In this document: positions 1-10,130 of the stretch, in pieces
Numbering within the stretch: the first letter of the stretch is position 1
Layout of the letters: every line of letters starts with the position of its first letter
Assembly (NCBI GenBank): GCA_964007735.1
Contig: CAXGAI010000013.1
Span: 62,001 to 112,701, forward strand
Length of the DNA: 50,701 nucleotides
Source of the DNA: an uncultured Rhodopirellula sp.
Lineage (GTDB): Bacteria > Planctomycetota > Planctomycetia > Pirellulales > Pirellulaceae
Direction: 5' to 3'
Notes under the pieces: generated by a model
The model's database searches: none
Told to the model about the DNA's origin: nothing
What the model saw: the letters and a program-made list of their open reading frames with translations, nothing else
Made by a program: the position numbers and the translations under genes

Positions 1-1
1 G

Positions 2-1453
2 ACGTCTTCTGATGAGAGTGAAGGAAGTGAATCGGGTGAAGGAATGACTGGTGGAGCCAGTGAAAGCTCTGAAGAAGGTGGTGATCCCGGCACCGAAAAC
101 AATGGTGCGGGTGGACAAGGAGACGCCTCGGATGAACCCAACAACAGCACCGGTGAAAACGCTCCAGCCAACGAAGGTGGAAATCAAAAAAATCCCACCG
201 AAGGTGATTCGGAAGATGGGATGACGGATGGAGAAAATACGGATGGAACCAATGACATGGAATCCCAAGCCGGTGGTGAAGGAAGTGCATCAGAAAACAA
301 CTCCAAGGTAAATCAAACTGGAAATAACACCGCCCAACAGTCCGAAGAAAGTGGTTCTGGTGAACCTCAAACAAATGACGAATCCGTAAACGGAAACCCG
401 ACCGGTGAATCAGGGGACGACAACACTACCAATAAAAATCCCGACAAGGAAGGCAACGCAAAGTCAGATGACCAGCACGATGGAGACATCTTTGAAAAGC
501 TACTGGATCGCCTGCGAGACAACCAACCGAAAACCCAACAGACGGACAACGAAAGTTCAAAACAAGAACCGATGAAAGGTGAGAACAACGGAGTCAATAA
601 CCAGAGCCCCAAAGACAACTCCGGCGGACGTAGTGAAGACCAGCCCTCTACAGAAGAAGGGGATGGACAAGCCAATACCCAAAGGGACTCAACCAATCCC
701 AACCCCAAAGATCCTTCCAATCCAGTACCTCAGGAAAAGGGGAATGCTACGGACCCTAATGCTGAAGGTATGCCCACCAAGGATCCGATGACGAACCCTC
801 GTGACGGGAATACCGGAACTGAAGGTGAACAGGTCGACGATGACGGCGGTAGCGATACGATGGGAGAAAGCGCCGGCCCCCAAGCGAGTGATTCAGACAA
901 CAGCGATAGTACGGAGCCGAACGGGGGGAACACTTCGGAAACGGCTGGTAACGAAGACGGCATGGGTGCCTCAGCAGACACTGAAAGCAATGCCGGCTCT
1001 CAAGCGAGCCCTCAGTCGGGAACAGGTCAGGAAGATGCGAGTTCGACGGATGAATTAGGCTTACCGGATGAAGTGCGCGACACCGATCAGGCGCGACTGG
1101 ACTACGCCCGTAAAGCCACCGACTTGGCGCTAAGATATCTTCGCGATCACCAAGACAGTCCAAGTGATGAATTACTTGAAGATCTGGGGATCACGGCAGA
1201 GCAACTTCGTGAAATGGTTTCGCGGTATGAACAACTAAAACAAGATGATACTCAGGCCGGCAAACAAACACTCGATGACACTCTCAAGTCCCTTGGACTA
1301 CGCCCCTCTGCTCAAACGCAGGCGCGCAAGGTAGAAACAAACCGTCAAGACGTCGAGGGAGTGTCTGGAGGGGGGGCATTATCCGGGTTGCCACCTCATC
1401 TTCAACAGCGATTTAAGGCGTTTCGAACGGGTACGACTGTATCAGATGAATAG
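2..1453 (+). CDS. C-terminal part of a large low-complexity (G/E/D/N/S/T/P-rich) planctomycete protein ending in a folded helical domain; 5' end lies outside the window
   Basis: Frame is open from position 2 through the ATG at 44. About 350 aa of acidic disordered sequence precede a helical tail (DQARLDYARKATDLALRYL...HLQQRFKAF). Confidence 0.75.
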   Translation, partial: TSSDESEGSESGEGMTGGASESSEEGGDPGTENNGAGGQGDASDEPNNSTGENAPANEGGNQKNPTEGDSEDGMTDGENTDGTNDMESQAGGEGSASENNSKVNQTGNNTAQQSEESGSGEPQTNDESVNGNPTGESGDDNTTNKNPDKEGNAKSDDQHDGDIFEKLLDRLRDNQPKTQQTDNESSKQEPMKGENNGVNNQSPKDNSGGRSEDQPSTEEGDGQANTQRDSTNPNPKDPSNPVPQEKGNATDPNAEGMPTKDPMTNPRDGNTGTEGEQVDDDGGSDTMGESAGPQASDSDNSDSTEPNGGNTSETAGNEDGMGASADTESNAGSQASPQSGTGQEDASSTDELGLPDEVRDTDQARLDYARKATDLALRYLRDHQDSPSDELLEDLGITAEQLREMVSRYEQLKQDDTQAGKQTLDDTLKSLGLRPSAQTQARKVETNRQDVEGVSGGGALSGLPPHLQQRFKAFRTGTTVSDE

Positions 1454-1581
1454 GTTGTAAGGACAGCAACAGCATCAGGCCTTAAAAAGCGGCGAAAAGG
1501 AGATGTCGCTTTCCACGTGTAAGGAGTACTGGAACCAGTGTAGCGTACTATTAAGAGTAGTATTACCTGCAGGAATTTACA

Positions 1582-3189
1582 GTGATGCCTGATATAACAC
1601 CTCGTTACCTGGTCCCCTTCCATCCTAAGGAAGTAGCGCACCGCTTTACCGATGTTCTGATTATCGGTGGTGGCCTGGCTGGTCTGCGCGCGGCAAACGC
1701 TGTTGATCCGTCCAATAACCTGATGATTGTAACCAAAGATCGGCTGCAGCAATCTAACAGCAATTATGCACAAGGCGGAATCGCCGGTGTAATGCATCCC
1801 GAAGATAACTTTGAAAACCATATTCAGGATACACTTACCGCGGGTGGTAGTTTGTGTGATCAGGACGTTGTTGGAATGGTTATCAAAGAGGCGCCTGACC
1901 GAATCCGCGAATTGATGCAGTGGGGCACGAACTTCGATAAAGACTCCGGTAAACTTTCATTAGGTCGTGAAGGCGGGCATAGCCATCATCGTATCCTGCA
2001 TGCTTTGGGAGATGCTACGGGGAAAGAAATCATTCGAGCCATGATTCAATGGACTCGCAAACTCCGCAATATCAGGATTCTGGAAAACACCTTTACACTT
2101 GACCTACTGACCGAAGACGGCGTTTGCCGCGGAGCGTTGATCCGTCAAGGTCAGGAGATGATTATGGTGTGGGCCAAACAAACCATTCTTTGCACCGGTG
2201 GTGCCGGGCAATTGTATCGTGAGTCCACCAATCCCCCGGTAGCTACGGCAGACGGACATGCTCTGGCATTTCGTGCAGGGGCCGAATTATCAGATATGGA
2301 GTTCATGCAATTCCACCCAACCGTTCTTTACATCGCAGGCAGCAGCCGAAATCTGATCACGGAAGCCATGCGCGGAGAAGGCGCCTATTTAGTAGATAAC
2401 AATGGCTATCGTTTCATGAAGGAATTTGACGACCGCGGAGAACTAGCTCCTCGGGACATCGTTTCTCAAGCCATCGTTTCCCAAATGGAAAAGACTCGGC
2501 ACCCATGTGTCTACTTAGACTTATCTCATTTGAATCCGTCATACGTCACAAACCGATTTCCCGGCATTGCAAGAACCTGTGAAAAGTTCGGGATTAATAT
2601 TACCTCGGATCGTATTCCGGTTCGGCCCGGGGCTCACTACATGATCGGTGGTGTCACCGTCGATTCCTCTGGACGCACAACCTTACCAGGCCTGTGGGCC
2701 GCAGGGGAAGTTACCGCGAGCGGCCTTCATGGTGCTAATCGCCTAGCCTCGAACAGCCTTTTAGAAAGTTTAGTTTTCGGGGCACACGCCGGACAACAAG
2801 CATCTCTGGCAGCCACCAACATGCAAGATCACTATGAAGCCCGTCAGATTAGTAACCCACACGTTGCATCAACAAACGAAGTCATGGACCTGAATGACAT
2901 TACAAATTCACTCAAGAGTTTGATGTGGCGATTTGTCGGCGTGCGTCGGGAGGCCAATACGCTTCGGGAAGCACTCGCTTCCATCGACAGTTGGAGACGA
3001 TATGTACTGCCAGCTCAGTACACCAGTTTGCAGGGGTGGGAATTACAAAATATGCTGACGATTGCACGTATCATGGTTGATTCTGCGTTACAACGAGAAG
3101 AATCTCGAGGGGTTCATTTGCGAACGGACTTCCCCAGAATTGATGATGAAAACTGGAATCGCCACCTACGGATTTCCAAATCGGGATAA
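1582..3189 (+). CDS. nadB: L-aspartate oxidase
   Basis: FAD motif IIGGGLAG, SNSNYAQGGIA, REGGHS, QFHPT, TEAMRGEGA, AHYMIGG, LHGANRLASNSLLE, ESRGVH; 535 aa (GTG 1582 or ATG 1585). Confidence 0.95.
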   Translation: MMPDITPRYLVPFHPKEVAHRFTDVLIIGGGLAGLRAANAVDPSNNLMIVTKDRLQQSNSNYAQGGIAGVMHPEDNFENHIQDTLTAGGSLCDQDVVGMVIKEAPDRIRELMQWGTNFDKDSGKLSLGREGGHSHHRILHALGDATGKEIIRAMIQWTRKLRNIRILENTFTLDLLTEDGVCRGALIRQGQEMIMVWAKQTILCTGGAGQLYRESTNPPVATADGHALAFRAGAELSDMEFMQFHPTVLYIAGSSRNLITEAMRGEGAYLVDNNGYRFMKEFDDRGELAPRDIVSQAIVSQMEKTRHPCVYLDLSHLNPSYVTNRFPGIARTCEKFGINITSDRIPVRPGAHYMIGGVTVDSSGRTTLPGLWAAGEVTASGLHGANRLASNSLLESLVFGAHAGQQASLAATNMQDHYEARQISNPHVASTNEVMDLNDITNSLKSLMWRFVGVRREANTLREALASIDSWRRYVLPAQYTSLQGWELQNMLTIARIMVDSALQREESRGVHLRTDFPRIDDENWNRHLRISKSG

Positions 3190-3250
3190 ATGAATTCGCA
3201 GGGTTCAGATTCTGTTAACGGTATAGAACCAGAATCCATCCAAAATCGTA

Positions 3251-3279
3251 TTAACACAAGATATAAATCTATATATAAC
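3251..3279 (+). promoter_or_regulatory. Putative sigma70-type promoter for the ABC operon
   Basis: TTAACA(3251-56)-N17-TATAAC(3274-79) in an AT-rich patch about 40 nt before ATG 3322. Confidence 0.45.
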
Positions 3280-3321
3280 CGCCTTCTAACCTCACTCGAA
3301 AAACTCAAGCAAACATCTCCA

Positions 3322-4167
3322 ATGACAGAAGACGACTCCATAGCACAATTGCTGGCAAGTACATCTGAAGAAACAGATGTGGCGGCGGTCAAAACACCTG
3401 AACCACAAGTGATCAGTCACGATCAAACAGAACCAAGTGATGAGGTCATGATTGAAGCGCATCAACTCTCGAAGTTCTACGGAGAGTTCGCGGCCACAAG
3501 AAACGTGAACTTCCAAATCAAACGAGGCGAAGTTGTTGCCTTCCTGGGACCCAATGGTGCTGGCAAAAGCACGACGATGAAAATCCTCACAGGGTATCTG
3601 TCCCCCTCTGAAGGGATTGCCAGCATCGCTGGGTACAACATGGCCAGTGAACGCATCGCTGGCTCCCGCCACCTTGGTTATCTACCGGAAAATGGACCAC
3701 TGTACCTCGATATGACTCCGCATTCCCTACTCTCGTTTTTCGCAGATGCCCGAGGGATGTCCCGACAGGCCAGAGCGGGACGTATCGAAGCCGTCGTCGA
3801 TTTGTGCGATCTAAGTAGTGTGATCTATAAGGCCATCGGGAAACTATCGAAGGGGTATCGCCAGCGTGTCGGTATGGCACAAGCGCTGTTACACGAGCCT
3901 GACGTTCTCATCATGGACGAACCAACTGCCGGCTTGGATCCTAATCAAATCCAGGAAGTCCGAAATACGATGAATCGTCTTGGGAAAGACCGAACTATCC
4001 TGTTGTCTACTCACATCATGCAGGAAGTGGAAGCGATGGCCAATCGAGTCATCATGATCAATGAAGGGCATCTGGTTTACGACGGGCCAATGAACAAATT
4101 GGCTGACGCGGGTGAAACCTTAGATCAGGCATTCCGCCGCAAAACTGAATTTGTTGACACCATTTAA
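3322..4167 (+). CDS. ABC transporter ATP-binding protein, GldA-like (ORF is open from 3190; ATG 3322 preferred)
   Basis: Walker A GPNGAGKST, signature LSKGYRQR, Walker B LIMDEP, H-loop STH. Confidence 0.9.
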   Translation: MTEDDSIAQLLASTSEETDVAAVKTPEPQVISHDQTEPSDEVMIEAHQLSKFYGEFAATRNVNFQIKRGEVVAFLGPNGAGKSTTMKILTGYLSPSEGIASIAGYNMASERIAGSRHLGYLPENGPLYLDMTPHSLLSFFADARGMSRQARAGRIEAVVDLCDLSSVIYKAIGKLSKGYRQRVGMAQALLHEPDVLIMDEPTAGLDPNQIQEVRNTMNRLGKDRTILLSTHIMQEVEAMANRVIMINEGHLVYDGPMNKLADAGETLDQAFRRKTEFVDTI

Positions 4168-4226
4168 TCGCATTGACGCCGTGACGAAACTAAAATCCAA
4201 CAAACGGAAATAGTAAATAGCAGACT

Positions 4227-7103
4227 ATGGACCAAATCGGAACCAACTTAATTGTATCTTTGGGTGACCTGATTTTTCGCGATCTGTTGATCGTGATCAT
4301 TCTGGCTGGCATTCTTGTGCCTCTCAATTACACACGACATGCAGCTATCGCCGTGGTACGTCAAAACTTCCGCGGGTACTTTAGTAACCCGACTGGATAT
4401 GTTTTTCTGTGCGTTTTTGTGCTTTTGACGTCATTCGCTGCCTTTTGGCCCAAACAGTTCTTTAATGCCAATTTGGCAAATCTATCCCAGCTAAATGAAT
4501 ACCTGCCATTGATCATGCTGATCTATATCCCTGCGATAACGATGGGGATTTGGTCTGAAGAACGTCGTGGAAAGACCGATGAATTACTACTCACCTTACC
4601 AGCCCGGGATTCAGATATCGTCATTGGTAAATTCATCTCTGCGAGTTTGATCTTCACTGTCTCACTACTGTTTTCACAATTGTCGAACTTCGTGGTGTTG
4701 GCATTACTGGCAAAAGATCCTAATGCCTGGACCGTTGACTTGGACACCGGCCTACTGGCGACGAACTACTTTGGTTACTGGCTCATCGGCCTGGCAATGC
4801 TAGCCATTGGAATGGTGGCTTCGTTCCTGACGAGCAATATGACAATCGCATTCGTTTTTGGATTAGCTTTCAATGTCCCATTGGTAGCCGCTAAATCCGC
4901 TGACTTATTCGCATCCACTTCAAGCTTTGCTCAGTTAATTTCTAAATGGGGTATCCATGCTCAGTTTGATGACTTCGAACGAGGCATTCTGAGTTTGTCC
5001 TCCATGATGTACTTCCTCATGATCATCTGTATCAGTCTCTACCTGTGTATGATCATGATTGGCAAGCGACACTGGTCAGGGGGGCGTGACGGAGACCGAC
5101 TGTGGATTCACTTCCTTGTGCGAATCTTTGCACTCATCGTCATGGTCTTTTCACTCACGATCGTCTTTGATAGCCAGGATCTGATACGTTACGATACGAC
5201 GCGAGGAAAAATAAGCTCACTGTCAAATGACACTCGCCAGTTGATTGACAATCTGGAGCCCGAGCATCCTGTCTACGTCGAAGCTTTCATTAGCAATCAG
5301 GTTCCCGAACAATATATTAAAACCAGGTATGACCTGATTTCATTACTGAAGGAATTCGGAGCTCACAGCGATGTCTATTTGACGCTACATGAAAATCTCG
5401 AGTCTTATGACGAAATTGTCGCCAACGCCGAAGATAATCACAGCATTCCAGTCGTCACCGTGGCCGGCGAAGACGCCAACCGCCCCATTATTATGGGTGC
5501 TGTATTTCGTAGTGGACTCCAGAAGGTCGTGGTACCCTTTTTTGACTACGGGATTCCGGTGGAGTATGAACTCGCTCGCTCAATTTCAACGGTGGCCAAA
5601 GGAACGCGTAAAACAATCGGCGTCATTGACTCGGATGCCAATATTTTAGGCGGATACAGCTTTGCCAGCGGACGCCCGACTCGAATTCCTCAGCAAAGCT
5701 TCATCACTGAATTACAAAAACAATATCGAGTAGTTAATGTTGATGCTGAACAGGAAATCTCCACCACCGAATATGAATTATTATTTATCGCACAGCCTTC
5801 TTCCCTGGAAGATATGAAACTCACAAATATCCTTCGTGCGCTTCAGGCCGGTGTACCTGCTGTCATTTTTGAAGACCCGCGGCCAGAAACAATCTCGGCC
5901 CCCGGTACAGGCATGCCTCGCCAGTCTATCGAACAAATGATGGGGCTGCCGGGACAGCCTCAGCAAAAAGGAAGTATCTCGCGATTATGGGATTTATTAG
6001 CAATCCAGATTCCGGGAAAACCTTCTGAAACAAACCCCGGGCTATGGGACCCGAATATTGTCTGGCAAACAGAGAACCCCTATCCACTACTTAAATATCA
6101 GGACATTCTCGATACATGGATCTTCACTCGAAACCTAGATTCTGATCACCCGATCACAGAAGAGCTTCAGGAAGTGTTAATTCCAGTAGGAAGTTCGATC
6201 ATACCCGATCCCACTAAAGATCATATGACAATCACTCCATTGATTCGTTCGTCGATCCGAAACTCAGGCACGCTTGAATCGTCTCCCTATCAGATTGAAT
6301 TGCAGGCGATGGCCAATGGTAGTCGACGTGCTAAAGCCCGAATCAAACAGCTTCAAAATGAAGGAACCAACGGGATTCAAAATCTGGCGGTGCATATTAC
6401 AGGAACACCAAGTGGTGCCCAGGCTGACGACAACGGCAATACGCCTCAATTAAATGTTGTGTACATCAGCGATCTAGACATTATGTTCAATGCATTCCTG
6501 ACGGTACGAGCCAGGCCGACTGCATTTCAGGATGTCTCCTACAAATTTGAGAACATCACCTTTCTCCTCAACGTAATCGACTTTCTGGCAGAGGAAAACG
6601 ACTACATTTCTATTCGCAACCGTAAGCTTCGTCATAGCTCACTAAAGACCGTAGAGTATCAGGTCAACGAGGAACAACAAACGCTGACGAATGAAATCAG
6701 TAAGTTCCATAAAGTCATGGATAGTCAAATCACATTAATTGAAGACGGTATGCAAAATGAAATTGAGGAGTTACAAACTCAACTAGCTACTCTGCAGGAT
6801 CCGACGAACACCGACAAGCCTGACCCTGCTGTACTACGGGCAAAAGTTATCAACCTGAATAGCCGACAGCAGGAGAATCAGAGAAAACTGGAAGTTGAAC
6901 AGGTAAAGCAGGAGCGTGACCGTGATAAAAAGATCGCCACAATCCGTCGTGACAGCAATCGTAAAATAGCCAGAATGCAGAATAAATACAAGTTCCTCGC
7001 GGTCCTGATCCCACCGATTCCTCCCCTGCTAATAGCTGTCTTTGTCTTTTTCAACCGACGGATTAAGGAACGTGAAGGAGTCGCAGCATCTCGACTCCGC
7101 TAA
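4227..7103 (+). CDS. Fused ABC-2 permease (GldF-like) and GldG-like auxiliary domain with C-terminal coiled coil and TM helix
   Basis: YFSNPTGYVF, PAITMGIWSEERR-G-TDELLLTLP, multiple TM segments, RYDTT..SLS..T, EYELARSI, N..FLLNVIDFL...ISIR, final TM. Confidence 0.85.
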   Translation: MDQIGTNLIVSLGDLIFRDLLIVIILAGILVPLNYTRHAAIAVVRQNFRGYFSNPTGYVFLCVFVLLTSFAAFWPKQFFNANLANLSQLNEYLPLIMLIYIPAITMGIWSEERRGKTDELLLTLPARDSDIVIGKFISASLIFTVSLLFSQLSNFVVLALLAKDPNAWTVDLDTGLLATNYFGYWLIGLAMLAIGMVASFLTSNMTIAFVFGLAFNVPLVAAKSADLFASTSSFAQLISKWGIHAQFDDFERGILSLSSMMYFLMIICISLYLCMIMIGKRHWSGGRDGDRLWIHFLVRIFALIVMVFSLTIVFDSQDLIRYDTTRGKISSLSNDTRQLIDNLEPEHPVYVEAFISNQVPEQYIKTRYDLISLLKEFGAHSDVYLTLHENLESYDEIVANAEDNHSIPVVTVAGEDANRPIIMGAVFRSGLQKVVVPFFDYGIPVEYELARSISTVAKGTRKTIGVIDSDANILGGYSFASGRPTRIPQQSFITELQKQYRVVNVDAEQEISTTEYELLFIAQPSSLEDMKLTNILRALQAGVPAVIFEDPRPETISAPGTGMPRQSIEQMMGLPGQPQQKGSISRLWDLLAIQIPGKPSETNPGLWDPNIVWQTENPYPLLKYQDILDTWIFTRNLDSDHPITEELQEVLIPVGSSIIPDPTKDHMTITPLIRSSIRNSGTLESSPYQIELQAMANGSRRAKARIKQLQNEGTNGIQNLAVHITGTPSGAQADDNGNTPQLNVVYISDLDIMFNAFLTVRARPTAFQDVSYKFENITFLLNVIDFLAEENDYISIRNRKLRHSSLKTVEYQVNEEQQTLTNEISKFHKVMDSQITLIEDGMQNEIEELQTQLATLQDPTNTDKPDPAVLRAKVINLNSRQQENQRKLEVEQVKQERDRDKKIATIRRDSNRKIARMQNKYKFLAVLIPPIPPLLIAVFVFFNRRIKEREGVAASRLR

Positions 7104-7151
7104 CAACACGGTCGTCAGTATCCCTCTCACTACAACATTAGATTCATCAAT

Positions 7152-8786
7152 ATGAACAACGTCATTCAAACTTGCATTTTCGTTGCCCTGGCAGCCGGCT
7201 CCGTAGTAGCCGCTGTACTCACCAATGACATTGGTGAAACAGATACACAACAGAACCGCCGAAGCATTGCCAAACAGGATGAAGGTAAACCTGTTTTTGA
7301 AGGCTTCACCGCAGAACGGGCGGTCGAGTTAAAGATCACCACCTATGATGATTTAACCGCGCGGATTAAATCGTTTAGTGTCAAGCGTGACGGCACAGGC
7401 CAATGGGTTATTCCCTCACACAATAACTATCCGGCAGATGCTGAAGAACAAATGGGATCCGCAGCTGCGGCCTTTAGCACCCTGGAAGTCAAAGAAGTCA
7501 TTGATGTCGACAGTGGCGCCCACGAAGACTACCACGTCATCGAACCAAACACGGACACACTGGACGTTGGCACCGATGGTGTTGGAACGCTTATTACGGT
7601 GAGCGATGAAGAGGGGAAATCCTATTCACTGATTATCGGAGCCAAAGTAATGAAGGGAACCGATGCGGGTCTCGACCCTCGGATGCAGCAAGCCTACTAC
7701 GCTGCACGCAGGCCAGATAGCGACACCGTCTTCACCGTCGACCTGAATATGGGTATTTTTGAAACTGAGTTTTCCAAATGGATTGATACAAACCTTCTTG
7801 GAATCAATGGACTGGATGTACGTCAACTTGCCATTCAGGACTACTTCATCAGTTTGAACCAAGAAGGCAGTCCCATCATGCTACGCCGCTCCAACTCTTC
7901 CATGATTTTAGATAATGTCGACCTGGTCTGGAAACTGGACAACATGGTCCAGTATGACCAAAACACACAGGAGCCATTCACGATTGAGCTCAGTGATAAT
8001 GAAGAGCTCGATTTAGACCGAATTAACATTTTGCAAAGTGCTATTGAAAATCTGACTATTGAAGGAGTACTTAGAAAGCCAGCTGTCCTCCGCCCCGATC
8101 TGAAAATCACACCCGCTGCCATTGCAGACGCCAAGACTTCAGAAACACTGACCCAGCTAGGATTGTTTGGTGACCCTAACACGACGGTCGATAACCTAAT
8201 GGATCTAAAAAGCGCTAACGGCGAGATCCACATTTCGTTGCAAACCGGCATTAAATACATCCTTCGTTTTGGAGAAGTTGATTCCACTTCAGGAGCACAA
8301 GACTCTATCCATAGGTACCTGTTTGTCACCACTGCCTTTCAGCCAAATATGATTCCCACCCCTGTATACACTCCCCTTCCAGAGACTACCCCCGCCGAGC
8401 CCGTTCCTGAAGGAAACTGTCAGGATGAAGAGCAAGCCACAAAAGAAGAACCACCTGTATTAACACCGGAACAATTAGCCGAACTCAAAGAAACAATCAT
8501 GCGGGAAAATGCTCGTTTGAAAGAAGAATATGATTCGAAGCTGCTAGCAGCTCAAAACTCGGTACGCATTCTCAATAGCCGTTTTGCAAACTGGTTCTAT
8601 TTGATAGACGAAACGACATTTAACAAAATCCACTTAACGAACAACGATCTTATCAAAGCCAAATCCTCAGAGCTTGGAGATAGTCTTCCCGGGCTTCCGA
8701 ACCTTCCGGGGCTGCCGGGTGTGCCTGGTCTTCCTGAAACTCCCAAAACTATTCCTGAATCAACGCCAGATTCAGTGAATCAGTAA
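7152..8786 (+). CDS. DUF4340-domain protein (N-terminal membrane anchor), partner of the Gld-like ABC system
   Basis: N-terminal hydrophobic helix, W...S..NYPAD motif, LIIG, LRFG; position downstream of gldG-like gene. Confidence 0.75.
   Translation: MNNVIQTCIFVALAAGSVVAAVLTNDIGETDTQQNRRSIAKQDEGKPVFEGFTAERAVELKITTYDDLTARIKSFSVKRDGTGQWVIPSHNNYPADAEEQMGSAAAAFSTLEVKEVIDVDSGAHEDYHVIEPNTDTLDVGTDGVGTLITVSDEEGKSYSLIIGAKVMKGTDAGLDPRMQQAYYAARRPDSDTVFTVDLNMGIFETEFSKWIDTNLLGINGLDVRQLAIQDYFISLNQEGSPIMLRRSNSSMILDNVDLVWKLDNMVQYDQNTQEPFTIELSDNEELDLDRINILQSAIENLTIEGVLRKPAVLRPDLKITPAAIADAKTSETLTQLGLFGDPNTTVDNLMDLKSANGEIHISLQTGIKYILRFGEVDSTSGAQDSIHRYLFVTTAFQPNMIPTPVYTPLPETTPAEPVPEGNCQDEEQATKEEPPVLTPEQLAELKETIMRENARLKEEYDSKLLAAQNSVRILNSRFANWFYLIDETTFNKIHLTNNDLIKAKSSELGDSLPGLPNLPGLPGVPGLPETPKTIPESTPDSVNQ
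8685..8735 (+). repeat. Degenerate 9-bp coding tandem repeat encoding LPG-LPN-LPG-LPG-VPG-LP
   Basis: cttcccggg cttccgaac cttccgggg ctgccgggt gtgcctggt cttcct. Confidence 0.7.
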
Positions 8787-8821
8787 TTCACTTTTTTCTG
8801 TTGAAACTTTCCTTTAAAACC

Positions 8822-10090
8822 ATGCCTACTCCAGCGGGACTCGACGAAAGAACATATCGTGACGAGATTCAATCTTTGTCGCGCGAGGCACTGGAATGTC
8901 TACAGTTGGAAAAACTAAATACCCTGTTGGCACAGATTGTTCCAGCCAATCGCTTCTATCAGAAAAAGCTTGGAGACCTCAAGGCACTAGAAAGTCTGGA
9001 GCAATTAAAACACATTCCCTTTACGAACAAAAGTGAGCTTTTGTCGGAGGGTCTTTTCGCCAACAACCTGACTTGGCCGGTAGACCAATACGTTCGATTC
9101 CATCGAACTTCGGGGACCACAGGGAAACCTCTGGCTGTTCTGGATACAGCCGATGACTGGATTTGGTGGATGAATGTCTGGCAGTATGTTCTGGATGCTG
9201 CTGAGGTTCATAGCAGCGACCGTGCCTTTCTGGCATTTTCTTTTGGGCCATTCATTGGCTTCTGGTCAGCGCACGATGCCATTGTAGCTCGAGGAGCCAT
9301 GTCGATCCCTGGTGGGGGACTTAGTACGCGAGCCCGTCTGGACCTGATTAAAGACAGTCGGCCAACCGTCCTGCTGTGCACACCAACGTATGCCCTTCGT
9401 CTAGCCGAGGTAGCGGCCGCAAACGACATCGATCTTCGCGCTTCGTCCGTGACCCGTATTATTGTCGCGGGTGAACCCGGTGGCTCAATACCTTCAATCC
9501 GGACTAGAATTGAAAAGGCCTGGGACGCGAAACTGATCGACCATGCCGGCGCTTCTGAAATTGGACCCTGGGGGTTTGGAGATGCGAATCAAACAGGTTT
9601 ACATATCTGTGAAGCTGAATTCATCGCTGAAGTAATTGACCCCGAATCCGGCAACGCTATTCAACCCGGAGAAACTGGTGAGTTAGTATTGACTTGTCTG
9701 GGACGTCCGGGAAGTCCCTTGCTTAGATACCGTACAGGCGATCGTGTACTCCCTACGAATGCAGACGGGAGTAACTTTGTGTTGTTAAAGGGTGGAGTTC
9801 TGGGACGAGCTGATGACATGATCGTCATTCGGGGAGTTAATGTTTTTCCAAGCGCCGTGGAAGAAATCCTTCGTACCTTTGAGGATGTCATCGAGTATCG
9901 TATTACCGCATTCAAAAATGGAGCCATGGACGGCTTAACGATCGAAGTCGAAGACCAGACTGAAAATACGGGCCGCATAAAAGACGCCATCGAGGTGGGG
10001 TTAGGCTTGCGAGTTCAGGTTATATTGGCAGAAGCAAATTCGCTTCCTCGTTTTGAAGCCAAGGGTCGGCGGTTTATTGATAACCGTTAG
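8822..10090 (+). CDS. Phenylacetate-CoA ligase (PaaK)-family adenylate-forming enzyme (ORF track start TTG 8801; ATG 8822 preferred)
   Basis: PFTNKSEL, TSGTTGKP, CTPTYAL, AGEPG, GELVLT, PLLRYRTGD, GRADDMIVIRGVNVFPSAVE, LPRFEAKGRR. Confidence 0.85.
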   Translation: MPTPAGLDERTYRDEIQSLSREALECLQLEKLNTLLAQIVPANRFYQKKLGDLKALESLEQLKHIPFTNKSELLSEGLFANNLTWPVDQYVRFHRTSGTTGKPLAVLDTADDWIWWMNVWQYVLDAAEVHSSDRAFLAFSFGPFIGFWSAHDAIVARGAMSIPGGGLSTRARLDLIKDSRPTVLLCTPTYALRLAEVAAANDIDLRASSVTRIIVAGEPGGSIPSIRTRIEKAWDAKLIDHAGASEIGPWGFGDANQTGLHICEAEFIAEVIDPESGNAIQPGETGELVLTCLGRPGSPLLRYRTGDRVLPTNADGSNFVLLKGGVLGRADDMIVIRGVNVFPSAVEEILRTFEDVIEYRITAFKNGAMDGLTIEVEDQTENTGRIKDAIEVGLGLRVQVILAEANSLPRFEAKGRRFIDNR

Positions 10091-10130
10091 CCTTCTGGTT
10101 TTGCCACAAGCATGACGGAATAAGACCTCG

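Noticed and set aside
367..1163. Several overlapping antisense and alternate-frame ORFs (367-720, 730-990, 756-1163 etc.)
   Set aside because: Shadows of the low-complexity plus-strand gene; no independent coding signal.
3190..3321. 44-aa N-terminal extension of the ABC ATPase starting right after the nadB stop
   Set aside because: AT-rich and contains a promoter-like TTAACA-N17-TATAAC; more likely non-coding, though translational coupling to nadB is not excluded.
3322..7103. Gliding motility system
   Set aside because: Only GldA/F/G-like ABC components are present; no gldJ/K/L/M/N or spr genes in the window.
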